Assembly: GCA_002269645.1 (NCBI GenBank)
Contig: NIVC01000130.1
Span: 372,001 to 436,000, forward strand
DNA length: 64,000 nt
Direction of reading: 5' to 3'
DNA from: Macrostomum lignano
Taxonomy: Eukaryota
The notes beneath the pieces were generated by a model. It was given only the letters and a program-made list of their open reading frames with translations, did not search any database and had not been told where the DNA came from. Positions 13,136-24,551 of the stretch are shown here, piece after piece. Within the stretch, counting starts at the first letter, position 1. Each line of letters opens with the position of its first letter. The position numbers were made by a program, and so were the translations under genes.

Positions 13136-13324
13136 GAATTTTTGTTCACTTTTATCCTACCCGTTGAACTTTCACCAGGATTTTTTTTCATTCCTGTAAT
13201 GCAATCAGATACGGGGTGGAAATTCCGAATCTGTAACGAAAATTTACAGAATCCAGGCGAATTTTCCGGATCAGAATAAAAAATTCCGGAAAATAGACCC
13301 GGATCTCTATGAAAATTCCGGTAA

Positions 13325-14422
13325 CAGTTCCGGGTGAATTCTGGGTGAGGGAACCGGATCTGCAGTTGAATCCGGGTGAATTCTGGGTGAGGGAACCGGA
13401 TCTGCAGTTGAATCCGGGTGAATTCTGGGTGAGGGAACCGGATCTGCGGCCGAATCCGGATGAATTCTGGGTGAGGCAACCGGATCTGCAGTTGAATCCG
13501 GGTGAATTCTGGGTGAGGCAACCGGATCTGCAGCCGAATCCGGGTGAATTCTGGGTGAGGGAACCGGATCTGCAGCCGAATCCGGGTGAATTCTGGGTGA
13601 GGGAACCGGATCTGTAGCCGAATCCGGATGAATTCTGGGTGAGGGAACCGGATCTGCAGCCGAATCCGGGTGAATTCTGGGTGAGGGAACCGGATCTGTA
13701 GCCGAATCCGAATGAATTCTGGGTGAGGGAACCGGATCTGCAGCCGAATCCGGATGAATTCTGGGTGAGGCAACCGGATCTGCAGCCGAATCCGAATGAA
13801 TTCTGGGTGAGGGAACCGGATCTGCAGCCGAATCCGGGTGAATTCTGGGTGAGGGAACCGGATCTGTAGCCGAATCCGAATGAATTCTGGGTGAGGGAAC
13901 CGGATCTGCAGCCGAATCCGGGTGAATTCTGGGTGAGGGAACCGAATCTGTAGCCGAATCCGGGTGAATTCTGGGTGAGGGAACCGGATCTGTAGCCGAA
14001 TCCGGGTGAATTCTGGGTGAGGGAACCGGATCTGTAGCCGAATCCGGGTGAATTCTGGGTGAGGGAACCGGATCTGTAGCCGAATCCGGATGAATTCTGG
14101 GTGAGGGAACCGGATCTGTAGCCGAATCCGGGTGAATTCTGGGTGAGGGAACCGGATCTGTAGCCGAATCCGGGTGAATTCTGGGTGAGGGAACCGGATC
14201 TGCAGCCGAATCCGGATGAATTCTGGGTGAGGGAACCGGATCTGTAGCCGAATCCGGGTGAATTCTGGGTGAGGGAACCGGATCTGTAGCCGAATCCGGA
14301 TGAATTCTGGGTGAGGGAACCGGATCTGTAGCCGAATCCGGGTGAATTCTGGGTGAGGGAACCGGATCTGTAGCCGAATCCGGGTGAATTCTGGGTGAGG
14401 GAACCGGATCTGCAGCCGAATC
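13325..14422. repeat. 42-bp minisatellite (GAATCCGGGTGAATTCTGGGTGAGGGAACCGGATCTGTAGCC), ~26 units
   Basis: Period 42 (13981 to 14023); inverted CCGGAT..ATCCGG across units; ORFs are artefacts. Confidence 0.97.
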
Positions 14423-15236
14423 CCGTGCTCAACAGGGTAGCGTAAAATTAAAAATAAAGGACGGGTCCATAATTTTAATTCCACAACTACGAATTGAATC
14501 GAATTGGATTTAGCCGTCTTCAAAGAGAAATATTAAATTCAGTTGTACGTATACAGAACTGTAAAATATTTCACTTTCCGAAACACAAAATGCTATCATA
14601 TCAATACGCTTTTCTGACCTTCTCAATGGCACTCAATGTCAGTCCATCTATATAAGCAGGTCTAATACATGATGCTACACTGGATTGGCGATCTGCTCCG
14701 ACCGGGTGCTAAGTCGCTGGTCTGACCTGCTGGGCTATGACGCGAATCCGACGGCAACTGACGCGTGAACCAGACGTTGGAAAGATTGGGTCACGGGCGC
14801 GAACAACGATTAATCAGACCACTGATGGGGGCTTGCATTATATTCCGGCGCAATGAAATTACTCATCATTATAAGGTTGAATTAAATGGCGATGGAAGGC
14901 AGTTTCTCAAAAATACACAGTTATAAAGCAGACAGTAATGTACATGTACACACACATTTGATTGTCCAGCTCTAACAGACAGTGACGGTACGCCGACAGG
15001 CATTGAACATAGGACGACGGCTCACTAGTGTAATATCAACGGCGTCATCAACTGTGTCGTTCGAAGCGTAGTCGCCCTATGTCGCCCTAAAATATGGATA
15101 AGGGGAAGGGAATTTACTTAAAAACGATACCCTCCTCTTTTGTCAACCGTGCTTGAGACCGACTTGGTGGTTACCCCTCTTGTAGTCTGTATCGGCTACT
15201 CTCTTTTGTCAACCGTGCTTGAGACCGACTTGGTGG

Positions 15237-16218
15237 TGTAGTGATCCGCTAGTTGGTGTTAGGCGTCCCACTTTGTCAGCAGTCTCTCTCGCCCTCGCCC
15301 TGGGTTGCTGTCTGCCGCTGGTCAGCTTCCCGCCCCCCTTGGCCCGTCTGTTGCTGCCCTTGGCCTGTTCTGCCCTTCTGCGTCTCTGTTCTCAGCCCTC
15401 AGCTTCTCTGCTGTGGGCTGTCTCTGTTTCGTTCCCGTCCCGTTTTCCTCTGTCATGTGAGCAAGTCACATGACAGACTCTGCGTTCTTCGAGTCCTAAA
15501 GTGCAGTAAACATGTTTACTGCACTCGTTGGCCCTGTTTACCGGGAGAATCACGTGCTTTCGGACCCCTCCCTTCTCTAAGGAGAGGAGTGACTCATGTT
15601 GCTAAAAATAGCAACTGAGTCACAGCCGCGTGTACTCTGGCCGGAGACCTTAAGTGACGTCAGTTCTAAAAATAGAACAAGTCACGAGGTCTTGCGCGCA
15701 CTGAGACCCTGCCTCGAGATCTCAAGTGACGTCAGTTCTAAAAATTGAACAAGTCACGAGGTCTTGTGCGTGGGTGTTTCCCGGCTATAAATAGGACCCC
15801 TCTCCCCTTGTTTCCGTCAAGGATTTGGCTTCTTATCTGCGGAGAATTCACTAAGATCCCGTGTGCGTCAGTGTCTAACTAAGTGCCCTTTGCGTACTGA
15901 ATCCGTTTGTACTGGTCTGACTGAGACCCCACTAAAGCCCAAGCCTAAGGGAGGCTAACACTGCCTTCCCAGCCACCCCTGAGCCCGGCGGGGATCTGCT
16001 GATCAGGACGCCTTGTTCATTAATCTGCTAATCTGCACGCTGTGCTGAGTTCGTTGACTTGTTTATTTCGTTCCGACGGGAAGCTCACCTCATCGAAGGC
16101 CGAGACCTGAAGGAACTGGTGGCAGCACTACCTACGCTACTAAAGTTAAGAAGGCTTCTAAGTGAGAGGACGGAGCCCAAGTCACTGCGCTGTACAGCAG
16201 AAAACCCCATCTACAACA
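15237..16218 (+). mobile_element. Solo LTR, 982 bp, with 4-bp TSD GTGG
   Basis: TGTAGT...ACAACA termini; GTGG at 15233-15236 and 16219-16222; removing it restores the host 66-bp unit; internal TATAAATA. Confidence 0.88.
15590..15793 (+). promoter_or_regulatory. U3-like promoter of the solo LTR: 2 AP-1 sites, 2 CRE palindromes, TATA box
   Basis: TGACTCA 15590-15596, TGAGTCA 15616-15622, TGACGTCA 15655-15662 and 15727-15734, TATAAATA 15786-15793. Confidence 0.55.
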
Positions 16219-16999
16219 GTGGTTACCCCTCTTGTAGTCTGTATCGGCTACTCTCTTTTGTCAACCGTGCTTGAGACCGACTTGGTGGTTACCCCTCTTG
16301 TAGTCTGTATCGGCTACTCTGATCTCTGATCTGATCTGAGACTTGATCAAGGCTTTATATTTTTACCCCTCGACATGATTCCGACCCTCGATCGTAGTCA
16401 GTACACTGTTGCGACTACTCTCTACTTGATCGAAAATTTATTATCTCTCGACATGATCACCGACCTGATCGTAGTCTGTATCGATTACTCTGATCTTAGA
16501 CTTGATCTGCTCACGGCTGGTGCAACTGCAACTGCAATTTGGAATTGAATTTCTGTCCGAATTCTTAAAGTAAAGGATGTGATTTTATACTAATGCTCAT
16601 GACCTTTGATAGAAAAAATGCGTTGGATTGAAATAAATTGGTTATCGCTCGTGTGACCTTCGAAAATGAGAACATTTCTTGGAAAACACGTTTGGATAAC
16701 GTGCAGGATATGGATAAAACAAACTCCCTTGAAAATGAAGGTACTGTAATATTGTACTAAAATAATTAAAAGATTATATACCGGTACATGTACAATTGTT
16801 TCTTCTGAGTTGTCGCCGATTTTGCTTTGCCGAATTATTTGTTTGTCGCCGATCAAATATACCAGTCAGCACCCGTTGAGTATTGACACATCGACATACA
16901 TGTACATGTATTGTGCAACTATAGGCCTAAACTACCAGGAGATGAGATTCATATCGTTTCTTGTTCTCGAGTTTCCTTCTCGTCCCCCGTGAGACGTAC

Positions 17000-17690
17000 T
17001 GTTGTGTATGGACTTTTGGTTTAGCAAATGCACTAATGCTTCCCTTCTTTTGTCTATAGTCTAGGGTACAATCTTTTATTTCTTTAAGAGCCGAAGGCTA
17101 ACAGTATTACAAAGGGCAAGGAAGACGTGCGCCGGCTAGAGGCAAATAAAGTTTGTGAACAGCTCGTATTTTAAATAATGCTTCTTCGACTTGACTTTGA
17201 TGTCAGATGGTAGCCTGGAGGCAATAGTCGGTGTAGAAGCAGAAGAAGAGGACATAACAATGGCGACGAGTGTAAAAATCGGAGAGTTCGACGTGGCTAA
17301 ACCGGAGCAATGGGAAGCTTGTGAAGAACGACTCGAGCAGTTTCTCGTCGTAAACAAAGTGACCGCGGAGGCACATAAGCGAGCAAATCTGATTACAGTG
17401 ATTGGTAATGACTGCTATCAATTGCTCCGCAACCTGCTGTCACCAAAGAAGCCCAAGGATGTGAACTTCGACGATCAAGTCAAGGCCCTGAGGGAGCATT
17501 TTAACCCAAGGCCTAAGATCGTTGTCGAGAGATTCAACTTCCACAGCAGAGCCCAACATGAAGGAGAAAATGTGAGCGATTTCATCGCAAGTCTGCGGAA
17601 GTTGGCTGCCACGTGTGGTTTTAATGAATTCTTGGACGAGGCACTGAGAGACAGGTTCGTTGTCGGCCTAAGGAATCGCCTGACACAGCA
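17000..17690 (+). mobile_element. 3'-truncated Ty3/Gypsy (Mag-like) element: 5' LTR 17000-17259, PBS 17261-17270, gag N-terminus
   Basis: TGTTGTGT...ACATAACA LTR containing AATAAA; PBS TGGCGACGAG; gag homologous to the gag at 51.4-51.8 kb. Confidence 0.85.
17260..17690 (+). pseudogene. gag: Truncated retrotransposon gag
   Basis: MATSVKIGEFDVAKPEQWEACEERLEQF...FNPRPKIVVERFNFHSRAQHEGENVSDFIASLRKLAATCGF...LRDRFVVGL; homology stops abruptly and no pol follows. Confidence 0.85.
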
Positions 17691-17957
17691 GCCAGCAGCG
17701 TCTGTTGCAAGAAGACACACTGACGAGACGTATACGAGACGAGACGAGACGTACAGTGCGGACGATCTTTAAAAGAATGGGCAAGGACTTCTCAAGTAGA
17801 CTACTTAAGATGTTTTTGAGAATGGGTCGTGGTAGAGACGTTTGGCCCGGATACATATATACACTGTAGATCTCTTTTAGCCAATTATAAGTCTAACGTA
17901 AATATATATGTAATCCGTCTGAAAAGACCAGAAGCTTTCTAAAGCAGATGCGCAAAA

Positions 17958-19490
17958 TGTTTTGACACATCGAATTGATGGGTTTCGGCTTTTTCGGCCC
18001 CTTTCGGGAAGCCTTCGGGCCTCAGGTCTCAGAAATGAATCACTTAGAACTCTGGCCTCTCACTCCTGTCAGATGGTCCAAGATTGTGGGCGAGCAGCAA
18101 GGTCCTATAGCTAAGAGAAGACAGCGAGAGACAAGCAGAGAGAATTTGAAAGGTAGAGATTAGCTAATCCGCAGATTAACTAACCCGCTGCCACCAGTCC
18201 GTGCGCCCCGGCTCACCAAACCGGAGCTGTCGAAATCGGACTTCCGACTAGAGGGGCACTGCACTTACCTGCCATCTAGTGTATTTTAGCTGTCTATCTC
18301 GAAGTCATAGCCGAGTAGAAGGGACGCTGCTGGGACTAAGATCGCATTGGCCATGCAGGGACTTTTGTAGGGGGTTCTTGCGCTGGCGAGCCTTAATTAT
18401 ACACTACTAAATGTACTATTTCATTACCGAATTCCCAGAAGTACATGTACAAGTACACGTAAATGCACACCTTTGGCACTAAATGTGTTAACACGTCGAC
18501 AGATAGCGATGATGTAGATGCATTGTTACTTTTGGAGACCGTTAGACTAACCTTTATCTCGTTTTAGCCGCTTAGCTGCCTGAGACCTCGCGAAAGCGCC
18601 AGTCTTTCACTGAGTTTGCATGCTTATCATGATTGCTTAGATCGACTGATTGACTGGGAACTGTGCCGCTTCCGGTCCACTGTGACCTCTGCCCCTAGAT
18701 CTAGCCGCTCATCTCAGCTGGCATTGCGAAAAAGAATGAAAACGCCAAGTCTTTAACTTCCAGATTTAACTTTCTCACTTAATTCACAATCCTAAACGCC
18801 TTAGATTGAGTCAGAGCAAATGGCTACTTTAGTATTAAATGACACTTCTGCCTCGAGTTTGGCACATAAAAAGCAAGTAAGCAAAAGTGCAAATCCTATC
18901 AGACTACCTAGGAAGGGGTCAGACAAAGGGCGCGCCCAGTTAAGCAGGTCAAGATAGCCTCTCACCAAACCAATCAGAGGACCTAACTGCCGGTAGCCAA
19001 GGGATCCGCAGAGACCGAAGCGCTCGGATGGGATGCTGCTGCTGATCTTAACTGACGAGTGTCGCCGGTACTCTTCACTTGCCGGTTGTCGTTGCTGCTC
19101 TTAGATCACTGCCGGGAGATATCGATGATGCTTCTCAGGGGGAACTTAGCTGCTGAAGCCGAAACTGCCTGGGGAAGGGGGACCAGACGTCGAAGACGCA
19201 GCAGATGCCGAAGGGGTCGTCTAAGACGGGGTTAGGACCGTGCAAGAAGGGAGGTCCCACCTGGCTTTTTCGAGCGCGGGTCGAGTTGCCACCTTATATA
19301 GCTCTCATGCGGCCGATTTGTTATAACGCGCGCCGAATTTTCTGATTGGCTGAGAGCTTTTGTTAATAAAATAGGCGCTGAATTTTCCGATTGGACGAGC
19401 CGGGGGCAGTCAGGTCGTCTCTGATTGGCTGAGCTCAGGACTCCAAAACCCACCCCACCAGGTGGCCTTCATACCCCAGGGAAGTTGACA
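17958..19490 (-). mobile_element. LTR-like sequence in reverse orientation, distantly related to the 15.2-kb solo LTR
   Basis: Minus strand shares short motifs with the solo LTR (ACTGGTGGCAGC, TTAATCTGC, TTCTAAGTGA, GAGACCTGA); three CCAAT boxes (19345, 19390, 19424) precede TATATAA (19294-19300). No TSD found, so boundaries are tentative. Confidence 0.4.
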
Positions 19491-20999
19491 GGTGCGGTCA
19501 TAAATCATGTGCAAAGCATAATAAGAGTCACTAGTCTAGACATCCTGGCGCCAAAAGTGACTGCAAAACGTCCATAAATCAAAGGAGAAGTAACAGAGCG
19601 AGTATGGAGAAAGCTGGAAAAACCTCTTTGACCCAGACAGTCTGACGTTCAAAGGTGCGTAAACAACCCAAAATTAGAATCCTAAGGGAAGTACATTGAG
19701 TATCCAACACAATTAATAATAATGTCATAAGTTAGTATAGAACCCAGCCTAGATGAGAGGACTTAGGAGAGAAAGTCCTAAGCTTACTGACAGTTGTGGA
19801 AAAAGCGCATCGAAGCAAAATGTGCGGTTTTAAGACTGAAAAAAGATGCGTCCTCATCAATAACTACAAGTATGGCAGATTAATTATATAGCTACAGAGA
19901 AGTCCTACTAGTATGAATTCTAGAAAAATTACAAAATTAAAGAGGGAGAAAAACGCCCATAGCCTGCTGCTAGTAGGCTAGCAAGTTTGGAACCCATGTG
20001 CGAGCGTGAAATTCGGAAAAAAGTGCGTCCTCATCAGAATCATAATTTTTATTTTGGTACTCCAAATTTACAAGTAACAAACTTACTAAAATTCAAAACT
20101 TTTTTATTCTGTAAAAGTAAAACAAATGTAACTAGTTTCAAAGCGAATGGATCAAGTAAAACAGCGTGCGCAAATTTTGTACAAATATTGCTTAAGTGCT
20201 TAATCAATAAAAAAGCTAACAGCTACATAAAAATTGCTACCCATAGTGACCAAAATCACGCCACGAAAATGCCGTGGCCCAATTGTCTTGACTCTTAATA
20301 ATCACTGAGTCACTGACTAAACGAAGAAAAAAATTAATAGGTTGAAGGTTCTCCTTAGTTCTTTAAATTCTAAAATATAACATTGACAGTGATTAACGAA
20401 GATGAAGATAAACTTCTGTATCAGTGTTTGCCTTTTCATTTCCATCATTTCCTTGCAGTGTAAGTTCTTAATTTTCTATTCACATGACACATGACAATAA
20501 CTTAAGTAGGCATAAGTACTGAAACTGTAGTAGTAGTATCTGGTATGTGTATTCCATATAGGCAAATATTTAAACATCTACTTTCCCCCCTTTTATTGAC
20601 TTTCTGGACTGTCTAGGCTTAGCCTAGGCCTACCATAGAGACAGACCAGAGGATGTTTTACATGACAAGGTGACTTTCAAAATGGTCCTAATCTAAAAAA
20701 GTAGGGCCTATAACAGAGGGCAGAGGCACTGTATCACAGTATCAAATAAACAAATTTCCTAAACATAGGATTAGGGCATTAGGGTAGGATGCAGTGGTGG
20801 GTTTCCATGATTTTTTGTGCCTATGCTTTTTGGTACCCAGCATTTTGGTATCTCAGATTTTTGTTTGGCTAGGCCTACTCATCATATGCATGGTACCATA
20901 TAAATAGTACTAGAATAAACACTATTTGTGTGTATCAATTTTCCAGTATAAATAGTATTGCTGTCACCAAACCAAACCGTAGCACCTACAGCATTAATT

Positions 21000-21182
21000 A
21001 AAATGAGAGCCTGTGATGCCAAAATGAATGCCTATGATGCTCACTTGAGTGCCTGCGGTGCTAAAATGAGTGCCTGCGGTGCTAAAATGAGTGCCTGCAG
21101 TGCCAAAATGAGTGCCTGTAGTGCCAAAATAAGTGCCTGCAGCATTAAAATGAGTGCCTGCAGCACTAAAATGAGTGCTGAC
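21000..21182. repeat. 21-bp minisatellite (AAAATGAGTGCCTGCGGTGCT), ~8 units
   Basis: Direct. Confidence 0.9.
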
Positions 21183-21634
21183 AATACCATTTTTTAAAAT
21201 AATGTATATGTAGGAATTTGTTCATGTACATATACGTGTATAATAGTTGTCTTTGTCCCCCCTACCAAAAAATCCATGGCAATGGCCCTGAATTTAAATA
21301 AAAATATCCAATAAAAAATTAATATATAATCCTTACTTTCTAAACAAAAAGCTTTATGAATATCAATAGAGCTATAAAAAAGGCAAAACATATCAAAAGT
21401 TGAACACTGGCTCTGCCTCTCATCAAAAGCAATAACAATTTTAATATGAAAAAAGTTCTTATCTCCATAGTGTATCTTTGGTGAAAATCAGCCACTTTAA
21501 TATTTTCTGAGAAATGTAGTTTCCCCTCCTTTTACTTGAGTAGTCCTTGGAGTTTATATTGTTAATATTTGATTATTATTTGATTAAAATTGTGCACAAC
21601 AGATATTCATTTTATCATTAAAAATCAATTTTAG

Positions 21635-22110
21635 GCTTGGCTAATCCAGTGTTTCTTAGCACAACTACAGAAACAACTGCAGTGCCATCTACAACTACTG
21701 TTGGTACTAATAGTAGTACCACTGGTGCTACTGAGACTACAGGTACTACCAGTGTCACTGGCACAACTGGAGTCACTGGCACAACTGGAGTCACTGGCTC
21801 TACTAATGCTACTACTGAAACTACTAATAGTACTACTGTTGGGCCAAGCTCTACTACTAATGACAAGTCAACTGTTACTACTAGCAGTAGTATTAGTAGC
21901 ACAGGTAAATCTAGCACCACCAAGGCTCCAAGCCATTCCACTCCTGGAGATGCTACAACATCGGCCGGTGGCCAGAATGCTGGCGGTCGTTTCGATGCCG
22001 GCTCATTCTTTGGTGGCATTGTGCTTGGCCTGGTCTTAGTTGCTATCGGCATGTTTGCCTACAGGATCTATAAGAATCGTTCTGGCCGAACCAACTACAG
22101 TCAGATGTGA
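21635..22110 (+). CDS. CD164/porimin (TMEM123)-like sialomucin, main coding exon; signal-peptide exon not located
   Basis: Thr/Ser-rich ectodomain with N-glycosylation sequons, family motif FDAGSFFGGIVL opening the TM, basic stop-transfer, C-terminal NYSQM (YxxPhi). Candidate acceptors TTTTAG at 21634 or TTCTTAG at 21659. Confidence 0.85.
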
Positions 22111-22324
22111 TTCCATGCATAAAATCGATTGATTTCATTGTGGTGTGAGCAAACGATTATAACTCACCTTTTTTAAACCAAAAATTGTTTACAAATAAGC
22201 TTGCCTTCACAAATTTTAATTTTTTCACTTTTCATCCTTGTAGTAAACAGTTGCGAATGCTGCATTATTACTGTTAGTAGAACACATGGTGTATTTTTGA
22301 AACATTTTATAATCTTTCTGATAC

Positions 22325-23170
22325 TTCAGTTAGTGTCACAATCCTCGCAGATACTTCAATGGGTGGTCACAACCCTACATTCCTGACACTTCAGATAGTG
22401 TCACAACCCTGCATTCCTGACACTTCAGGTAGTGTCAAGATCCTGCATTCCTAATACTTCAGGTTGTGTCACAACCCTACATTCCTGCTACTTCAGGTAG
22501 TGTCACAACCCTAAATTCCTGCTACTTCAGGTAGTGTCACAACCCTACATTCCTGATACTTCAGGTAGTGTCACAACCCTACATTCCTGATACTTCAGGT
22601 AGTGTCACAACCTTACATTCCTGATACTTCAGATAGTGTCACAACCCTACATTCCCGATGTCACAACCCTACATTCCCAATACTTCAGGTCGTGTCACAA
22701 CCCTACATTCCTGCTACTTCAGGTAGTGTCACAACCCTGCAATTCCTGATACTTCAGGTAGTGTCACAACCTTACATTCCCGATACTTCAGGTAGTGTCA
22801 AGATCCTGCATTCCTGATACTTCAGGTAGTGTCACAACACTACATTCCTGATACTTCAGGTAGTGTCAAGATCCCGCATTCCTGATACTACAGGTAGTGT
22901 CACAACCCTACATTCCTGCTACTTCAGGTGGTGTCACAACCCTACATTCCTGATACTTCAGGTAGTGTCACAACCCTACATTCCTGATACTTCAGGTAGT
23001 GTCACAACCCTACATTCCTGATACTTCAGGTAGTGTCACAACCCTACATTCCTGATACTTCAGGTAGTGTCACAACCCTACATTCCTGATACTTCAGGTA
23101 GTGTCACAACCTTACATTCCCGATACTTCAGGTAGTGTCAAAACCCTATACTCCCAATGTTTCAGGTAGT
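22325..23170. repeat. 34-bp minisatellite (CTTCAGGTAGTGTCACAACCCTACATTCCTGATA)
   Basis: Period 34 (22981 to 23015). Confidence 0.95.
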
Positions 23171-23839
23171 GTCACAATCACACTACCCTGATCCTTCAGC
23201 TGAGCGCCGTATTTCTTCGGGAAAATTTCTACTTTGAATGAATGATTGTCTTCCCATTTTTCTGTTTATCTTGTTTATTTTTCAATACCAGATTATTCGA
23301 GGTCTAGAATTATATATTTATTCCAGCGCTGCTCAATACTACTATTTTACAATATTATATTATATATATATAAATGTGCTCTAAAACGAATTAATGGCTT
23401 CAGTTTTTGTGTTTTCAAAAGTTCTATTGACTGTCTTTATCAAATAATCACAATCGCATAGTTTTATTCCAGGTCGAAGTTTATATAGTTATGGTCTACA
23501 ATCATATCAATAGCTTTAATTGCGGCTTTAATTGTGTTCTTCCCGCCTTATAAAAATTGTTTTGATTGATTTTATCGCGTTGATTGATATAGTGAATCTC
23601 ATCTATATTTATTGGCCATGTATCAGCTGTGAAGGCTTTAATCATTAGTAGTAGTTATTAAGCTAACATATATTTTTTTGCTGACAATATATCGCCAATG
23701 TTTACTCCGCCAAGCTGGACTTTTTGGTATCTTAAGATCGCGTTTATGATTGTTTGGGTTCATTATTACCATAATATTCATGCACTGTGCACTGCGTTGT
23801 TGGTCTTCTGGTCTTTCGTTTTTTTACAAGTCCCCCGGC

Positions 23840-24020
23840 CGGATCCTCAGTTGCTGGGCCAGCCTCCAGATCCTCAGTTGCTGCTGGGCCAGCCTCCCAG
23901 ATCCTCAGTTGCTGGGCCAGCCTCCCAGATCCTCAGTTGCTGGGCCAGCCTCCCAGATCCTCAGTTGCTAGGCCAGCCTCCCAGATCCCCAGTTGCTGGG
24001 CCAGCCCCTTCAGATCCTCA
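23840..24020. repeat. 28-bp minisatellite (GCTGGGCCAGCCTCCCAGATCCTCAGTT), ~6 units
   Basis: Period 28 (23883 to 23911). Confidence 0.9.
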
Positions 24021-24426
24021 GTTTGCGTTGCACGAAAATCTCATTAATAGCTAAGAACTGAGAAACATTCTTGTGTTTTTATATTTAGCTATTTTAATCA
24101 AGTTTTTAATAACAGTTAATAAAAAATTCAGAAAACAAACAAGCATTCTGTCTAGAGCGACAGACCTGTACATCTTGCATGTACATATTGATTCCTGTCT
24201 TGGTTATTATGAAATAACTTAGCGCGTGTATTTTACGGAGCTTAAAAAAGTACATGAAGACTATATAAGAAACTACGAATATGTTTATATTGACATCATA
24301 CTGGTAGGCCTAAATTCGTTATTGATACTGCGTACAGCTAAAGCAGATGCACGCTGTCTATTCCAGTGAGTTTTGTGCACAATCGATGCGTGCAGTACAT
24401 ATACTTTATTGGGCAGGATTAATAAA

Positions 24427-24551
24427 TTAATTAGGCAGTTCGTTTTCAGTAGCATGAAATCCGTCATTGGATCTGCCTTCATTCTGATTGGTCGCTGTGA
24501 CGGCCAGCGGCTTAGGATCCCCCTTGACAGCGGCTTTGCTGGACCCTGGGG
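24427..24551 (-). CDS. RPTP-A terminal exon (PPGSSKAAVKG...ENELPN*)
   Basis: Acceptor TTTTGTCAG, phase 1 fits, TAA, then AATAAA about 20 nt downstream. Confidence 0.65.

Larger units (their letters stand above)
15140..16320. repeat. 66-bp tandem repeat split by the solo LTR (units at 15141, 15207, resuming 16219-16320)
   Basis: TGTCAACCGTGCTTGAGACCGACTTGGTGG...TATCGGCTACTCTC on both sides of the insertion. Confidence 0.9.

Noticed and set aside
20005-20040. Hammerhead ribozyme core (CTGATGA-GGA...TCC-GAAT on minus); also CTGATGA at ~27196
   Set aside because: The required GAAA and flanking stems are missing.
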